From: an uncultured bacterium
GTDB taxonomy: Bacteria; Chloroflexota; UBA5177; JANWHV01
DNA: 64,000 nucleotides
Assembly (NCBI GenBank): GCA_963729625.1
Contig: CAVSOU010000014.1
Coordinates: 64,001 to 128,000, forward strand
Reading direction: 5' to 3'
Shown one piece after another: positions 38,588-48,597 of the stretch. A program made the translations under genes and the position numbers. Positions within the stretch are counted from its first letter, which is position 1. Every line of letters begins with the position of its first letter. The notes below the pieces were generated by a model. That model ran no database searches, was not told where the DNA came from, and saw only the letters and a program-made list of their open reading frames with translations.

Positions 38588-40083
38588 CACCCGAGGCGAG
38601 CACCGGCGCACTGGGATCTGGCGCCGGTGTGTGGCCCGGACCGGCACTGAACGAGCGCCGCTGGTGGTTGCTTGTCGTCGCGCTCCTGGCTGTGCTGGAC
38701 TCCCTGCTTATCGTGCTCGCACTATTTGTTGCGTACAAGCTTCGGTTTGGCAATGGACTGCTGGACGATACATTCTCGCTTGCACGCATCCGCGACACTC
38801 GGCCGGAGTTTTACGAGAAGCTCGTGCTGATCTTCAGCGTGTTGAGCGTTCTGATCTTTGCGTCCATGGGTTCGTATTATCGCCGCAACGTCCTGAGAGG
38901 CTCGATCCTCTATCAGCAAGTCTTCCTTGGCACCGGGCTTGCGGCACTGCTGGTCGAGTTCGTGAGCTATCTGTCCGACCGCCAGTACGCGATTGCGCGT
39001 GGCTGGTTGTTGCTGGCTTGGCTCCTCGGCGCCCTGGCCGTTGCCCTTGGCCGATTCGCCGGTCGCCGAGTCTTGCGCGCGGTCCATCGCGCCGGCATCC
39101 TCGTGCAGCCGGCGATTATCGCCGGCATCGGCCACGAAGGACAAATCCTCGAATGGCACCTGCGCCGCTCTCAGGAGGAGGGTATTCGAGTGATCGGGTA
39201 CGTCGACTCCGTCGCCCCCGTGGGACAGGATGTTCCGGGAGGGCTCCACGTGCTCGGCCACATCGACGACCTTCCTAACCTTATCGGACATCATCGGGTC
39301 GGCCTGGTGCTCCTTGCGACATCGGACCTCTCGCACGTCGATGCGCTCCGGGTCTTACAGCGTGTCATGCCCACTCCGGCCGAGTTATCGTTGGCGCCGG
39401 ACCTGTTTCGCATGTTGACCACTGGCGGCCACCTGCGCCGGATCGGCGGCGATGCTCTTCTGGTAGTCGATAAGGTGCGCATTACCGGTCTGGACGCAGT
39501 GCTCAAGGGTGTCCTTGACATCGTGGGCGCACTCACCCTGCTCGTTCTCACTTCGCCCCTATGGCTGGCGGTCGCGATCGCGGTCAAGATCACGTCGCCA
39601 GGCCCGCTGCTGTCGCGCCACGCGGCGCTGGGGGTAGGTGGGCGACAGTTCAACGCGCTGAAGTTCCGCACTACCCGATTCGGCGCCGGCGACGACGCGG
39701 ACGATGCAACCCAGGACAGGCTCGTGCGCGGACTTCCCGTGCGACAGAATCCGAATGCAACGGCGCTGGGGCGATTTCTCATTCGCTTCAGCCTGGACGA
39801 GCTACCGCAGTTGTTGAACGTGTTTGCCAGGCAGATGAGCCTTGTCGGCCCCTACAAGATTGATCCGCGGCAGGCGTCTTTGTACGGCGACCGCCAGCTG
39901 GCCCTGTTCACAGTTCGCCCCGGTATCACCGGAGTATGCCAGATACACGGGCGCGGCGAGCTAACGGTAGAGGAACGCTCGCTGCTCGACGCGGAGTATG
40001 TCCGCACCTACACGATCTGGCGCGACCTCCAGATCCTGGCTGCTTCTATCCCCGCCGTGGTTCGCGGGACCGCGGCATACTGA
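38584..40083 (+). CDS. Polyprenyl glycosylphosphotransferase (WcaJ/WbaP-like sugar transferase)
   Basis: N-terminal TMs, CoA-binding-like region, KFRT, SLDELPQLLNV, MSLVGP, RPGITG. Confidence 0.88.
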   Translation: MTPEASTGALGSGAGVWPGPALNERRWWLLVVALLAVLDSLLIVLALFVAYKLRFGNGLLDDTFSLARIRDTRPEFYEKLVLIFSVLSVLIFASMGSYYRRNVLRGSILYQQVFLGTGLAALLVEFVSYLSDRQYAIARGWLLLAWLLGALAVALGRFAGRRVLRAVHRAGILVQPAIIAGIGHEGQILEWHLRRSQEEGIRVIGYVDSVAPVGQDVPGGLHVLGHIDDLPNLIGHHRVGLVLLATSDLSHVDALRVLQRVMPTPAELSLAPDLFRMLTTGGHLRRIGGDALLVVDKVRITGLDAVLKGVLDIVGALTLLVLTSPLWLAVAIAVKITSPGPLLSRHAALGVGGRQFNALKFRTTRFGAGDDADDATQDRLVRGLPVRQNPNATALGRFLIRFSLDELPQLLNVFARQMSLVGPYKIDPRQASLYGDRQLALFTVRPGITGVCQIHGRGELTVEERSLLDAEYVRTYTIWRDLQILAASIPAVVRGTAAY

Positions 40084-40279
40084 ACACTCGTTCAGGCGCA
40101 GGCTGCAGCAGACGGATGTTGTACGAGTCGAGAGACCTCAGTGTGTGGCGGCGCTATGCCGGGCAAGGTCTCGCCGTGGAATTGCTTCCTATTGACCACT
40201 AATGGCTTCAACAGCCACCATACGGTGAGAGAGCGTCGCGGACGACCTCGCATATGGTCGAATCCTGCGCAGGAGAGGT

Positions 40280-40903
40280 TTGGCCGTGGCGAATGTGCCG
40301 GAACGATATCCGGAGGATCAGCCGCTCCGGCGGTCAGCCGTGTTTCTCGATCGCGACGGGGTTATCTGCGCCAATCGAGCTGATTACGTGCTTAGCTGGG
40401 AGCAGTTCAGTTTTTTGCCCGGAGCGCTTAAAGCCCTTGCGTTGCTCGCCGCAGCCAAGCGACCGGTAATCGTCGTGACCAATCAGACGATTGTCGGCAA
40501 GGGCTTGATTAAGCCGGAGATACTGGACGACATGCACGCGCGCATGTGTGGTGCAGTGCAGTCCAAAGGCGGCTCGATACTCGATGTACTGTATTGCCCG
40601 CACCTGACGGGCGAGCACTGCTCGTGTCGCAAGCCCAAGCCCGGCCTGTTGCTGATGGCTGCCGAGCGGCACGGCATCGACCTGAGCGAGAGCTTCTACG
40701 TCGGCGATGCGCTGAGCGACGTACAGGCAGGACAGGCCGCGGGATGCCGATGCGTGCTGGTGGAGTCTGGTCGCGGCCGGTCGCAGGTGCTGCGCGAGGA
40801 GGCGCGGTTCCTCCGCAACTATCACGAGGCCGGCGATCTGCTTGGCGCCGTCAAGTGGATCCTGGCGCAGCGCACCGGCGCCAGCCGGGGACACCGTCAA
40901 TGA
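40280..40903 (+). CDS. gmhB: D,D-heptose-1,7-bisphosphate phosphatase (HAD IIIA)
   Basis: FLDRDGVI, VTNQ, CPH..E.CSCRKPKPG, VGD..SD. Confidence 0.9.
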   Translation: MAVANVPERYPEDQPLRRSAVFLDRDGVICANRADYVLSWEQFSFLPGALKALALLAAAKRPVIVVTNQTIVGKGLIKPEILDDMHARMCGAVQSKGGSILDVLYCPHLTGEHCSCRKPKPGLLLMAAERHGIDLSESFYVGDALSDVQAGQAAGCRCVLVESGRGRSQVLREEARFLRNYHEAGDLLGAVKWILAQRTGASRGHRQ

Positions 40904-41124
40904 CAGGAGCGCAAACGACCGCGAATTCCGCGCATTCGGCGGAGGTCCCGTCAGCTCAGTCGATCGTAGTTGCCGAGTTCGGGCTCGAGCGCCATCGTCC
41001 TTCCTCCTCGCACTACTGTACATCATGCCGCGGGCCGATGCCGCGTGCCCAGCACACCGCTTCCGGGTCGATTCGGACAGTCGCCGGCCTGTGCGCACGT
41101 GCTGAGTCCGCGCGGAGGCAGCTG

Positions 41125-42005
41125 ATGCGCAGGGTGCGCATTGCCGTGATTCCGGCGGCGGGACTCGGCTCGCGTATGCTGCCTGCCACAAAGGCGATTC
41201 CCAAAGCGCTATTGCCGGTCGTGGACAAGCCGGTGATCCAGTACATCGTGGAGGAGGCGGCAGCCAGCGGGATCGAGCTGGTTGTCATAGTCGTTGGGCG
41301 AGGACAATCGGCGATCGCCGACCATTTCGATCGCTGCTTCGAGCTGGAACGGCGACTGGAGCTGGCCGAGCAGCACGCGATGCTGGTAGCCGTGGTGGCG
41401 ATCTCGAAGCTGGCCGAGATCGCGATCGTGCACCAGCCCGAGCCGTTGGGGAACGGGCACGCCGTCTGGTGCGCACGCGACGTGGTGGGCGACGAGCCGT
41501 TCGCCATGCTGTGGGGCGACGGCATCGTGCAGGCAGGCGAGCCGTGCCTCGCACAATGCTGCGCGTGTACGAGCGGACCGGCGCCTCAGTCCTGGCTGCG
41601 AAGCGCGTGCCGGCCGACCAGGTGGATCGCTACGGCATCATCGACGGCGATCCGGTAGGCGAGCGAACCTTCAGAGTGCGCGCGATCGTAGAGAAGCCGG
41701 CAGTCGGGGCAGCGCCGTCGAACCTGGCACAGGTGAAGGGCTGCGTGTTCACCAACCGCCTGATGGCGCTGCTGGGCCAGACCCCAGCCAAGCTGGGCGG
41801 CGAGATCTGGCTCGCGGACGCCATCGACGCGCTGCTGGCCGAACAGCCGGTGTACGCAGAGTTGGTGGAGGGCCTCCACGTCGACACGGGGAGCCCGCTG
41901 GAGTGGATCCAGGCCAACGTCGAGGTCGCGATACGTCGCGACGATGTGGGGCCGGCGCTGCGCGCGTATCTGAAGCAGTTGGCGGCATCCTGGACTGACG
42001 GCTGA
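41125..42005 (+). pseudogene. galU: UTP--glucose-1-phosphate uridylyltransferase-like gene with a frameshift near 41556
   Basis: AVIPAAGLGSRMLPATKAIPK in one frame; MLRVYE...VEKP..APSNLA, GGEIWLADAI in the next; junction gcacaatgctg lacks one base. Confidence 0.8.
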
Positions 42006-42238
42006 ATCGCAGATACCGCAGATGCGCTCCAGATGACGCAGATGTGTGCTCCAAGCTGCGACCTTCAGTTGCAGATAAGGCCGTCACCGATGGCAAGCGC
42101 CGGCCGGGTGAACGCACCGCGGAACGAGTAGGCTTGAGTGCTCAGCTCTGAAAGGCACCGCATCGCTCGGGCACGCCCCGCTCCAGAAGCTTCTTGGTGG
42201 TCACTGAATGGGGTATAGTAGCTCAAGGAGGAAGGACG

Positions 42239-42919
42239 ATGGCACTCGAACAGGCACAACCCTGGTCCTTCGACGACGTCTGGCCGCCCAACGATACCGA
42301 GGTGAGCTGCTTGGGAACCAACCTGCACCAGACGACAATCGCCAACCTCCGTTGGGGGCTTAACGAGGCCGCGAGAGTGAGCCACGTACCCGACCGGCCG
42401 CTGCCCTGGACTGCTCTGAGCCAGACGCTCCTCCTGGGCTGCCAGCGGCCCGATGGCTCCTACTACCGTACGTATCCGGATCTGTTCGTCTACCTGACTG
42501 AGGTGGATCCGGATCGAAGCTCGATGTCAGTAGGAGTCGACGGCCCTCCGGCATTGATCGTGGAGGTGTTGAGCGAGTCCACCTATGAAACGGACATTGA
42601 CCATGCACGCGGCAAAGGCTACAGCTACGCACGGGCCGGCGTGCCGGAATACATCTCGCTGGATCCGACCGGACAATACATTGCCGGCGTTGTCGCTTGG
42701 CGACTGGCAGGAGATCGCTACCGCGTCTGGGAACCGGGACCGGACGGCCGCTGGAATAGCGAGCAGCTCCCCGTGGCTATCGCGCTCGAGGGCGCCCGGG
42801 CGGTCGTCTACCTATCGAACGGGAAGCGCATGCTCGCCGAGGGCGAAGTCGAGGCAGCGCTTGCCGAAAAGGACGCGGAAATCGCGCGGCTGAGGCGCCT
42901 GCTCGAAAATAGCCGGTAG
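42239..42919 (+). CDS. Uma2 family endonuclease-fold protein
   Basis: YPDLFV, PALIVEVLSEST...D, K..SYARAGVPEY; AGGAGG RBS. Confidence 0.85.
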   Translation: MALEQAQPWSFDDVWPPNDTEVSCLGTNLHQTTIANLRWGLNEAARVSHVPDRPLPWTALSQTLLLGCQRPDGSYYRTYPDLFVYLTEVDPDRSSMSVGVDGPPALIVEVLSESTYETDIDHARGKGYSYARAGVPEYISLDPTGQYIAGVVAWRLAGDRYRVWEPGPDGRWNSEQLPVAIALEGARAVVYLSNGKRMLAEGEVEAALAEKDAEIARLRRLLENSR

Positions 42920-43004
42920 CCAGCCTGTCGACGTGCAGCTGGCGGCACCCATTCTTGCTCGATCTCGCCTGAGTCTGGTACACCCACTGTGCCGCTGGTC
43001 GTCA

Positions 43005-43650
43005 ACAGGATGGAGCTGGCCTTGCGGCTCGGAGCTGACCCCGATCTGGACGGACGAACGCGCGTCAATCCGCACAACCAGTACGCCGTGAGCAAGTACA
43101 CGCAGGAGTTGTGGCGTTGAACCTGGGCCGTCGTTACGCGATACCCACGGTGTGCATGCGGTACTCGATCGTTCAGGGCCGGCGGCAGAGCTTCACCAAC
43201 GCTTACTCCGGCGTGCTACGTATTTTCGCCACGCGGATGTTGTTCGGCAAGGCCCGGTGGCGTATGAGGACGGCCTCAGTTGCGCGACTACGTCTACGTC
43301 GGCGACGTGGCGAAAGCCAATCTCCTGGTGCTCGAGGACCGCGGGCGGACTACCTCAGCCTCAATGTCGGAGGCGGAAACGCGATGACGGTGCTGCAATT
43401 TGGCGAGATGGTGGCGAGGGCCGTTGGCAAGGACATTCAACCCCAGACGCCCGGCCAATATCGCTTCGGTGACACGCGCCACGTGTTCTCGGACACGGCC
43501 GCACTGCGAGCGCTCGGCTGGACTACGACCAGGGCGCCGCAGGCGGTCGTGGACGAGTATGTGGCCTGGGCGGCCAACCAGCCCGATCTGCGGGATACCT
43601 ACGAGAACGCGGAACGCGAGATGCTACGCACGGGTACGTTCGGCTGGCGA
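43005..43650 (+). pseudogene. NAD-dependent epimerase/dehydratase C-terminal remnant with several frameshifts
   Basis: PHNQYAVSKYTQE (YxxxK), RYSIVQG, YEDG, RDYVYVGDVAKAN, YRFGDTRH spread over three frames; Rossmann N-terminus absent. Confidence 0.75.
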
Positions 43651-43787
43651 CGAGCGCCGGGTCGAGGGTCGGCTGCCGCCGATCCTCAAAAGGTGCGCGA
43701 CTGCCTACCACTACCGAGCCAGCGGTCGCGTTCAGTTGCTCGACTCTGATGCATGCCGCGTCGACACGTGCCGTGCCTATCTTCACC

Positions 43788-44135
43788 TTAGCTGGACTTG
43801 GCAAGCCTTGGCCGCAGAATCTGCACCTGCTCCTTGAGGTAGGCACGTAGCCACTGCCGATCGGGGACGCACGCCTGTGAGACTACCGTGTGACCAACCA
43901 TAATCACGGGTGTGCGCCAGCCACCGCGAACCAGGGCCTCGATGAAGTGAGACCGCCACGATCGCGTCCGTACGACGAAATGCCACTGGCCGAGCTCTTT
44001 AGCGACACTCTCGACCACGGCAAGCGCGATCTCACACTCATGATGAGCCTGGCCGCGTCGTCGCCCAACCCCGTCGCTGCGCACAAAGACGGTGATCTGG
44101 ATTCGCTCCCGTGACAGGTGGATAATCTCTCCCAT
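43788..44135 (-). CDS. Small thioredoxin/glutaredoxin-fold-like hypothetical protein
   Basis: GGAGG RBS before ATG 44135; ITVF...ECE.A...V...GGWRTPVIMVG..VVSQ..VPD. Confidence 0.5.
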   Translation of the reverse strand: MGEIIHLSRERIQITVFVRSDGVGRRRGQAHHECEIALAVVESVAKELGQWHFVVRTRSWRSHFIEALVRGGWRTPVIMVGHTVVSQACVPDRQWLRAYLKEQVQILRPRLAKSS

Positions 44136-44544
44136 CGCAGAACCTCCCTTCCACCACGTGAGCCGGCCTATCGATCCTCGGCCGCGAAGGACTCGTCGGA
44201 CACCGTCCACCAAGGCCAATTGACGAAGTAGCACACTCGCATCGTTGGGCTTCCGCAGTCTTTCAGCCGGCCGCCGTCACTGACGAACGTCCTGGTGTCA
44301 CGGCTTGTGCCGCTTCACATCCTCAACACTGGCACAAGTATAGCATTGCACGATCAGGGGACTGATCCCCTAGCCGTCCTAATCATATACCTCAGACGCG
44401 CGGATAGACTAACCCCGTGCAGATATCTTTCCGACAAGGTTTACTATCGCCATCACTCAGCCGTTCGAGGCCGCCCGGGACAGGAAAGACCCGCCAGAGG
44501 TCGTCTGGCGGGTCTATGTCGGTTTATCAAGACAGCGGCACGCA

Positions 44545-45453
44545 TCACATGGAGGCAGCGACCGCCAGAAGGTCCTTGATCGTCAACCTGGACTGTGTGA
44601 CGTTGCTGCTGATATCGTAGCTGGTGGTCAAGCGTGTCCACAGTACGTGGACCAACTCGTTGCCGTGTTTTGCCTTGATATCGACGACCGTCCCCTTGAC
44701 AATCCCTGTACCCTTCTTGCCGGCGTTAATGGTCACAACCTGAGGTTTCACACCGGGATAAATGACGGTGCTGAGGCCGTTCCTCATGTTCACATAGAAG
44801 GACGCATACGCGCCTTCGTCGCTCGGGAGGTTCTTGGGCGCGTACTGGAGGAATGCTGAGGCGGGCGACTGCTGGTCCTGCGCAGGGTCCACGTGGATGA
44901 GCTCCAGCGTAAAGCCCTTGGGCACGTACGTCGGGGCGATCACGTACAGCGCAGGTACAAGTGCGTTTGCCATCTGCAGAGCCTTCTTTTGGTCAAGCCC
45001 GGTGCCAAGCCTTCTCAGACCCGACTCCAAGACGACCGCGGCCGGCAGGCCGGATTTCTGAGTCGGCGCCGGCTTGGGAGTAGCCGTGGGGGCACCCGGC
45101 CTCTTTGACGTTGGAGTGCCCTTCGCGACTGGTGTAGACGTGTGTGTCCGGGATACCGTGGCCGACGCGCTTGCGGCGACACGTGGTGTCGGTGTTCCCG
45201 ATTGGGTCGCGACCGCGGAAGCGCTCGGGGTGGCTTGCGTTGTCGCAGCCCGGGGTGTCGACGTTCCCGATTGGGTCGCGACCGCGGAAGTGCTCGGGGT
45301 GGCTTGCGCTGTCGCAGCCACTGTTGGCGTCGCGACGTCCGATGTGCTTGACGATGCGGAGCGTGCCTCAGCGCCACTGCTTCCGATGCCACTGCCGATC
45401 ACCAAGACGGTGGCCACGGACGAAGTGAGCAATGTCTTCCATGATCTTCTCAT
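44545..45453 (-). CDS. Secreted hypothetical protein with Thr/Ala/Ser/Pro-rich linker
   Basis: Signal peptide, low-complexity repeats, C-terminal globular domain (APTYVPKGF). Confidence 0.7.
   Translation of the reverse strand: MRRSWKTLLTSSVATVLVIGSGIGSSGAEARSASSSTSDVATPTVAATAQATPSTSAVATQSGTSTPRAATTQATPSASAVATQSGTPTPRVAASASATVSRTHTSTPVAKGTPTSKRPGAPTATPKPAPTQKSGLPAAVVLESGLRRLGTGLDQKKALQMANALVPALYVIAPTYVPKGFTLELIHVDPAQDQQSPASAFLQYAPKNLPSDEGAYASFYVNMRNGLSTVIYPGVKPQVVTINAGKKGTGIVKGTVVDIKAKHGNELVHVLWTRLTTSYDISSNVTQSRLTIKDLLAVAASM
45185..45320. repeat. 69-bp (23-aa) in-frame tandem duplication
   Basis: gttcccgattgggtcgcgaccgcggaag at 45194 and 45263; encodes AATxQATPSxSAVATQSGTxTPR twice. Confidence 0.85.
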
Positions 45454-45695
45454 CGGGTGTGCGACTCCATATTGCTTGACGCACGGCCGTCGCTGCCAAT
45501 CTGCATCAGGTCATGAGACTTGAGGCGACCCAATGGCCGCCTGAGGCAGCATACGCGCCGGCTACGTGCCGTGACGCATCCGTAGCGATGGTCCGGCGTT
45601 CAGTCCTAGTCGAGGAGATGGTAGTCTGCTACAGGTCCGCAGGGCATCTCCAACGGTGGTTACTATAGCAGAGGGCGCAGTACTGCACAAATGAA

Positions 45696-46739
45696 TTGGG
45701 GGATTATTTGTCGGCTCGTGCGCGATTCCTGGGCAAACGTCCCTCGGCGATCCTGGTCTGGCTGAACGGCGCGCTTGGCGATACGATTCTCTCCTATCCT
45801 GCCCTTCACGCGTTGCGCATGTGGGCACCGCCGGCCGTGGTGTCGGTGGCCGGACAACGCGACTACCTTAGCTTCGCGCTCGATCTCGGCCTCGTTGACA
45901 GGTTACAAGCCCCAGACGGCGTCCTTGCCACCACGCTATTCTCCAACGATCGGCCGACTGGCCGCGTGCCGGCAGATCTCGCCATCGTGTGGAGCAGTGC
46001 CTATTCCGAACTCGAGCACCGCCTGCTGGAGCTAGGCGTGCCGGTAGTACTCGGCGCGGCGCCTCGGGGTGGCGAAGGCGTGCACCAGGCAGAATACCTC
46101 CTGTCAACCCTGGAGCCGCTTGGGATCCCTCCGACGATAGGGTTACCTACGTTGAAGGCCCGAAACCTGCCGGTAGATCGCGATCTGGACCACAGCAGGC
46201 TGCCGGGCTCACGCTGTGTGTTGCTCCATCCGGGGGCGGGCGCACTGTGGAAACGGTGGCCGCTGACCGGTTTCATGGCGCTTGCCGACAAGCTTCGCGG
46301 CAGAGGCTACACGGTAAAATGGACCTGTGGGGAGGCGGACGCCGACATTCGCAATGCACTTCAGTCCGGTGCGCACGCCGAACAGCTGCTTCCCGCGCTG
46401 GAGCTGCGGAATCTCGCAGCACTGATGCCGCGCTTCAGTCTGGTCGTCTCGGGCGACACCGGCATCGCCCATCTGGCGGCACTTTGTGGCACTCAGACGC
46501 TCACGCTCTTCGGCCCAACCGATTGCAAGCGGTGGCGGCCGCTTGGTCCTTCATCGTATGTGCTCGAGGCGCCAAACGTCTGCGGCGGCACATGGGCCCG
46601 CGACGCGGCAGCGGTACAAAGGACGGAGGAGCCGCGCTTGCGCCGCTGCGCCGGTGAGTTGCCGGAGCCATGCCGGTGCCTCGCCGCGATCCCTCCGGAA
46701 GCCGTCGTCGAGCGGAGCCTGTTGCTGCTTACGCGGTAA
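45696..46739 (+). CDS. Glycosyltransferase family 9 (heptosyltransferase-like)
   Basis: GALGDTIL, HPGAG..WKRWP, SGDTGIAHLAA..G..TLTLFGPT. Confidence 0.9.
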   Translation: MGDYLSARARFLGKRPSAILVWLNGALGDTILSYPALHALRMWAPPAVVSVAGQRDYLSFALDLGLVDRLQAPDGVLATTLFSNDRPTGRVPADLAIVWSSAYSELEHRLLELGVPVVLGAAPRGGEGVHQAEYLLSTLEPLGIPPTIGLPTLKARNLPVDRDLDHSRLPGSRCVLLHPGAGALWKRWPLTGFMALADKLRGRGYTVKWTCGEADADIRNALQSGAHAEQLLPALELRNLAALMPRFSLVVSGDTGIAHLAALCGTQTLTLFGPTDCKRWRPLGPSSYVLEAPNVCGGTWARDAAAVQRTEEPRLRRCAGELPEPCRCLAAIPPEAVVERSLLLLTR

Positions 46740-47238
46740 AGCAGGTCGACGTCGCAGCGCCGGCAGCCGGCGACACGGACGTGGCGATGAGAGGGCCGTC
46801 CAGGTATGCCGCGACCGTCACTTCCACCATCCTTCCGCGCACCAGCAGCGTCCGAGCGTTGCAAGGTTCCCGCTGTGCAACGGCGTTGGCGAGTCGGACC
46901 CGATATCGGTTGCCGCCGAGCGCGAGATCGAGCATGCCGAAGGCAGGATCGTACGCCTCCACCGTTGCCTGCATCGCCAATGTCCTCGGAATGTCTCGTG
47001 ATGGCGCCGAGCGACTGTGCGCAGCTGGGTGCGGTGTGGCGACGGGGGCTGGCCTCGAATCGATCTGCTGCATCCAGAGGCCCAACCCGCAGACAAGTGC
47101 CGCCAGCGCGACGGTCCAAGCCAGTCCCGATCTCGGCCTACCTGCGAGTGCGCTACAGGCCCCGCGATCTCTCGACCGCGCTCCCGGAGCATCTGTCAGA
47201 CTCGGCGCAATCACGGTAACTACGCTCTCAGGGCTCAT
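46729..47238 (-). CDS. Hypothetical membrane-anchored protein
   Basis: Single TM followed by a small beta-rich domain; overlaps the rarA stop. Confidence 0.5.
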   Translation of the reverse strand: MSPESVVTVIAPSLTDAPGARSRDRGACSALAGRPRSGLAWTVALAALVCGLGLWMQQIDSRPAPVATPHPAAHSRSAPSRDIPRTLAMQATVEAYDPAFGMLDLALGGNRYRVRLANAVAQREPCNARTLLVRGRMVEVTVAAYLDGPLIATSVSPAAGAATSTCFTA

Positions 47239-48547
47239 CCCGGAGCAACCTCAGGCGTTCCTGAATCGATCGTTCTTTGCCGCGGTCCGATGGTTCATAG
47301 AAGCGACTTCCTGCGATGTTGTCGGGCAGGCCTTGCTGCTTCACGTAGGCGCCCTCAAAGTCGTGCGCGTACTTGTAGCCCTCACCAAAGCCGAGCTCGC
47401 GCATGAGCGACGTAGGTGCGTTGCGCAAGTGGAAGGGTACCGGGTCATTTCGCGTTCTTGCCACGGCCTCACAAGCCGCCGAGTATGCTTTATAGACGCT
47501 GTTGCTTTTGGCGGTTACCGCGAGATAGATAGCCGCCTCAGCCAGCGCCAGATCGCCCTCGGGGCGGCCTATGAAGTGAACTGCCTGCTGGGCGGCCATT
47601 GCGACCACCAGCGCTTGTGGATCGGCCATGCCGATATCTTCGGATGCGAAACGGACCATTCGCCTCGCGATGTACAGCGGGTCTTCGCCGGCCTGCAACA
47701 TTCGGGCAAGCCAGTAGACCGCTCCATCGGGGTCGCTTCCACGCAGCGTCTTGTGCAGTGCAGAGATGATGTCATAGTGCTGTTCACCGGTCTTGTCGTA
47801 TAGCAGGGATCGTTGCTGGACAATATCCTGGACGAGGGGCGCGTCGATCTCCATGGTCTCGCCTGAGCCGCCAAAGGTATTGGCGCACAGCTCAAGCGCG
47901 TTTAGCGCCACGCGAGCATCGCCGTTTGCCAGGTTGACGAGCGCCTCCAACGCATCGTCGGCAATCGATATGCCGCGATCTCCAAGTCCGCGCTCAGCGT
48001 CACTCAATGCCCGGCGCATGATGGTCGCGATGTCGTCGTCGGACAGCGCACTCAGCATGTACACCCGGCATCGAGACAGCAGCGCGGCGATCACCTCGAA
48101 CGACGGATTCTCGGTTGTGGCGCCAATGAGCCGGATCGTGCCGTCTTCGACGTGCGGGAGAATCGCGTCCTGCTGCGCTTTATTGAATCGGTGGATCTCG
48201 TCGATGAACAGGAGGGTGCGCTGCCCCGTAAGCTTTAGCCGGTTACGAGCATCTTCAACGATTCGACGCAGGTCGGCAACCCCGGCGGTCACAGCGCTCA
48301 CTTGCACAAACAGCTGACCTGTCGCACCGGCAAGGGCCCGAGCCAGTGTCGTCTTGCCGCTGCCGGGAGGTCCCCAGATGATAATAGACCCCGGGTTTCC
48401 ACCTTCGATGGCACGCCGCAGCGGCCGGTCCGGTCCAAGCAACTCCTGATGGCCGACAATCTCGTCCAGGCTGCGCGGCCGCATGCGGGCCGCCAACGGC
48501 GTCGAGGTCTCGAGCACTTCCCTGCTAGACGAAAACAAGCTGTCCAT
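47228..48547 (-). CDS. rarA: Replication-associated recombination protein A
   Basis: PLAARMRP, WGPPGSGKTT, FIDEIHRFNKAQQD, GATTENPSF, VPFHLRNAPT. Confidence 0.96.
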   Translation of the reverse strand: MDSLFSSSREVLETSTPLAARMRPRSLDEIVGHQELLGPDRPLRRAIEGGNPGSIIIWGPPGSGKTTLARALAGATGQLFVQVSAVTAGVADLRRIVEDARNRLKLTGQRTLLFIDEIHRFNKAQQDAILPHVEDGTIRLIGATTENPSFEVIAALLSRCRVYMLSALSDDDIATIMRRALSDAERGLGDRGISIADDALEALVNLANGDARVALNALELCANTFGGSGETMEIDAPLVQDIVQQRSLLYDKTGEQHYDIISALHKTLRGSDPDGAVYWLARMLQAGEDPLYIARRMVRFASEDIGMADPQALVVAMAAQQAVHFIGRPEGDLALAEAAIYLAVTAKSNSVYKAYSAACEAVARTRNDPVPFHLRNAPTSLMRELGFGEGYKYAHDFEGAYVKQQGLPDNIAGSRFYEPSDRGKERSIQERLRLLRDEP

Positions 48548-48597
48548 TCATCGCAGGGTACCACCACTGTCCGTATAGTTGGCGGTAAAATGTGGTT

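Noticed and set aside
41540-41570. Programmed ribosomal frameshift in the galU-like gene
   Set aside because: No slippery heptamer or homopolymer tract; other motif decay suggests mutation or sequencing error
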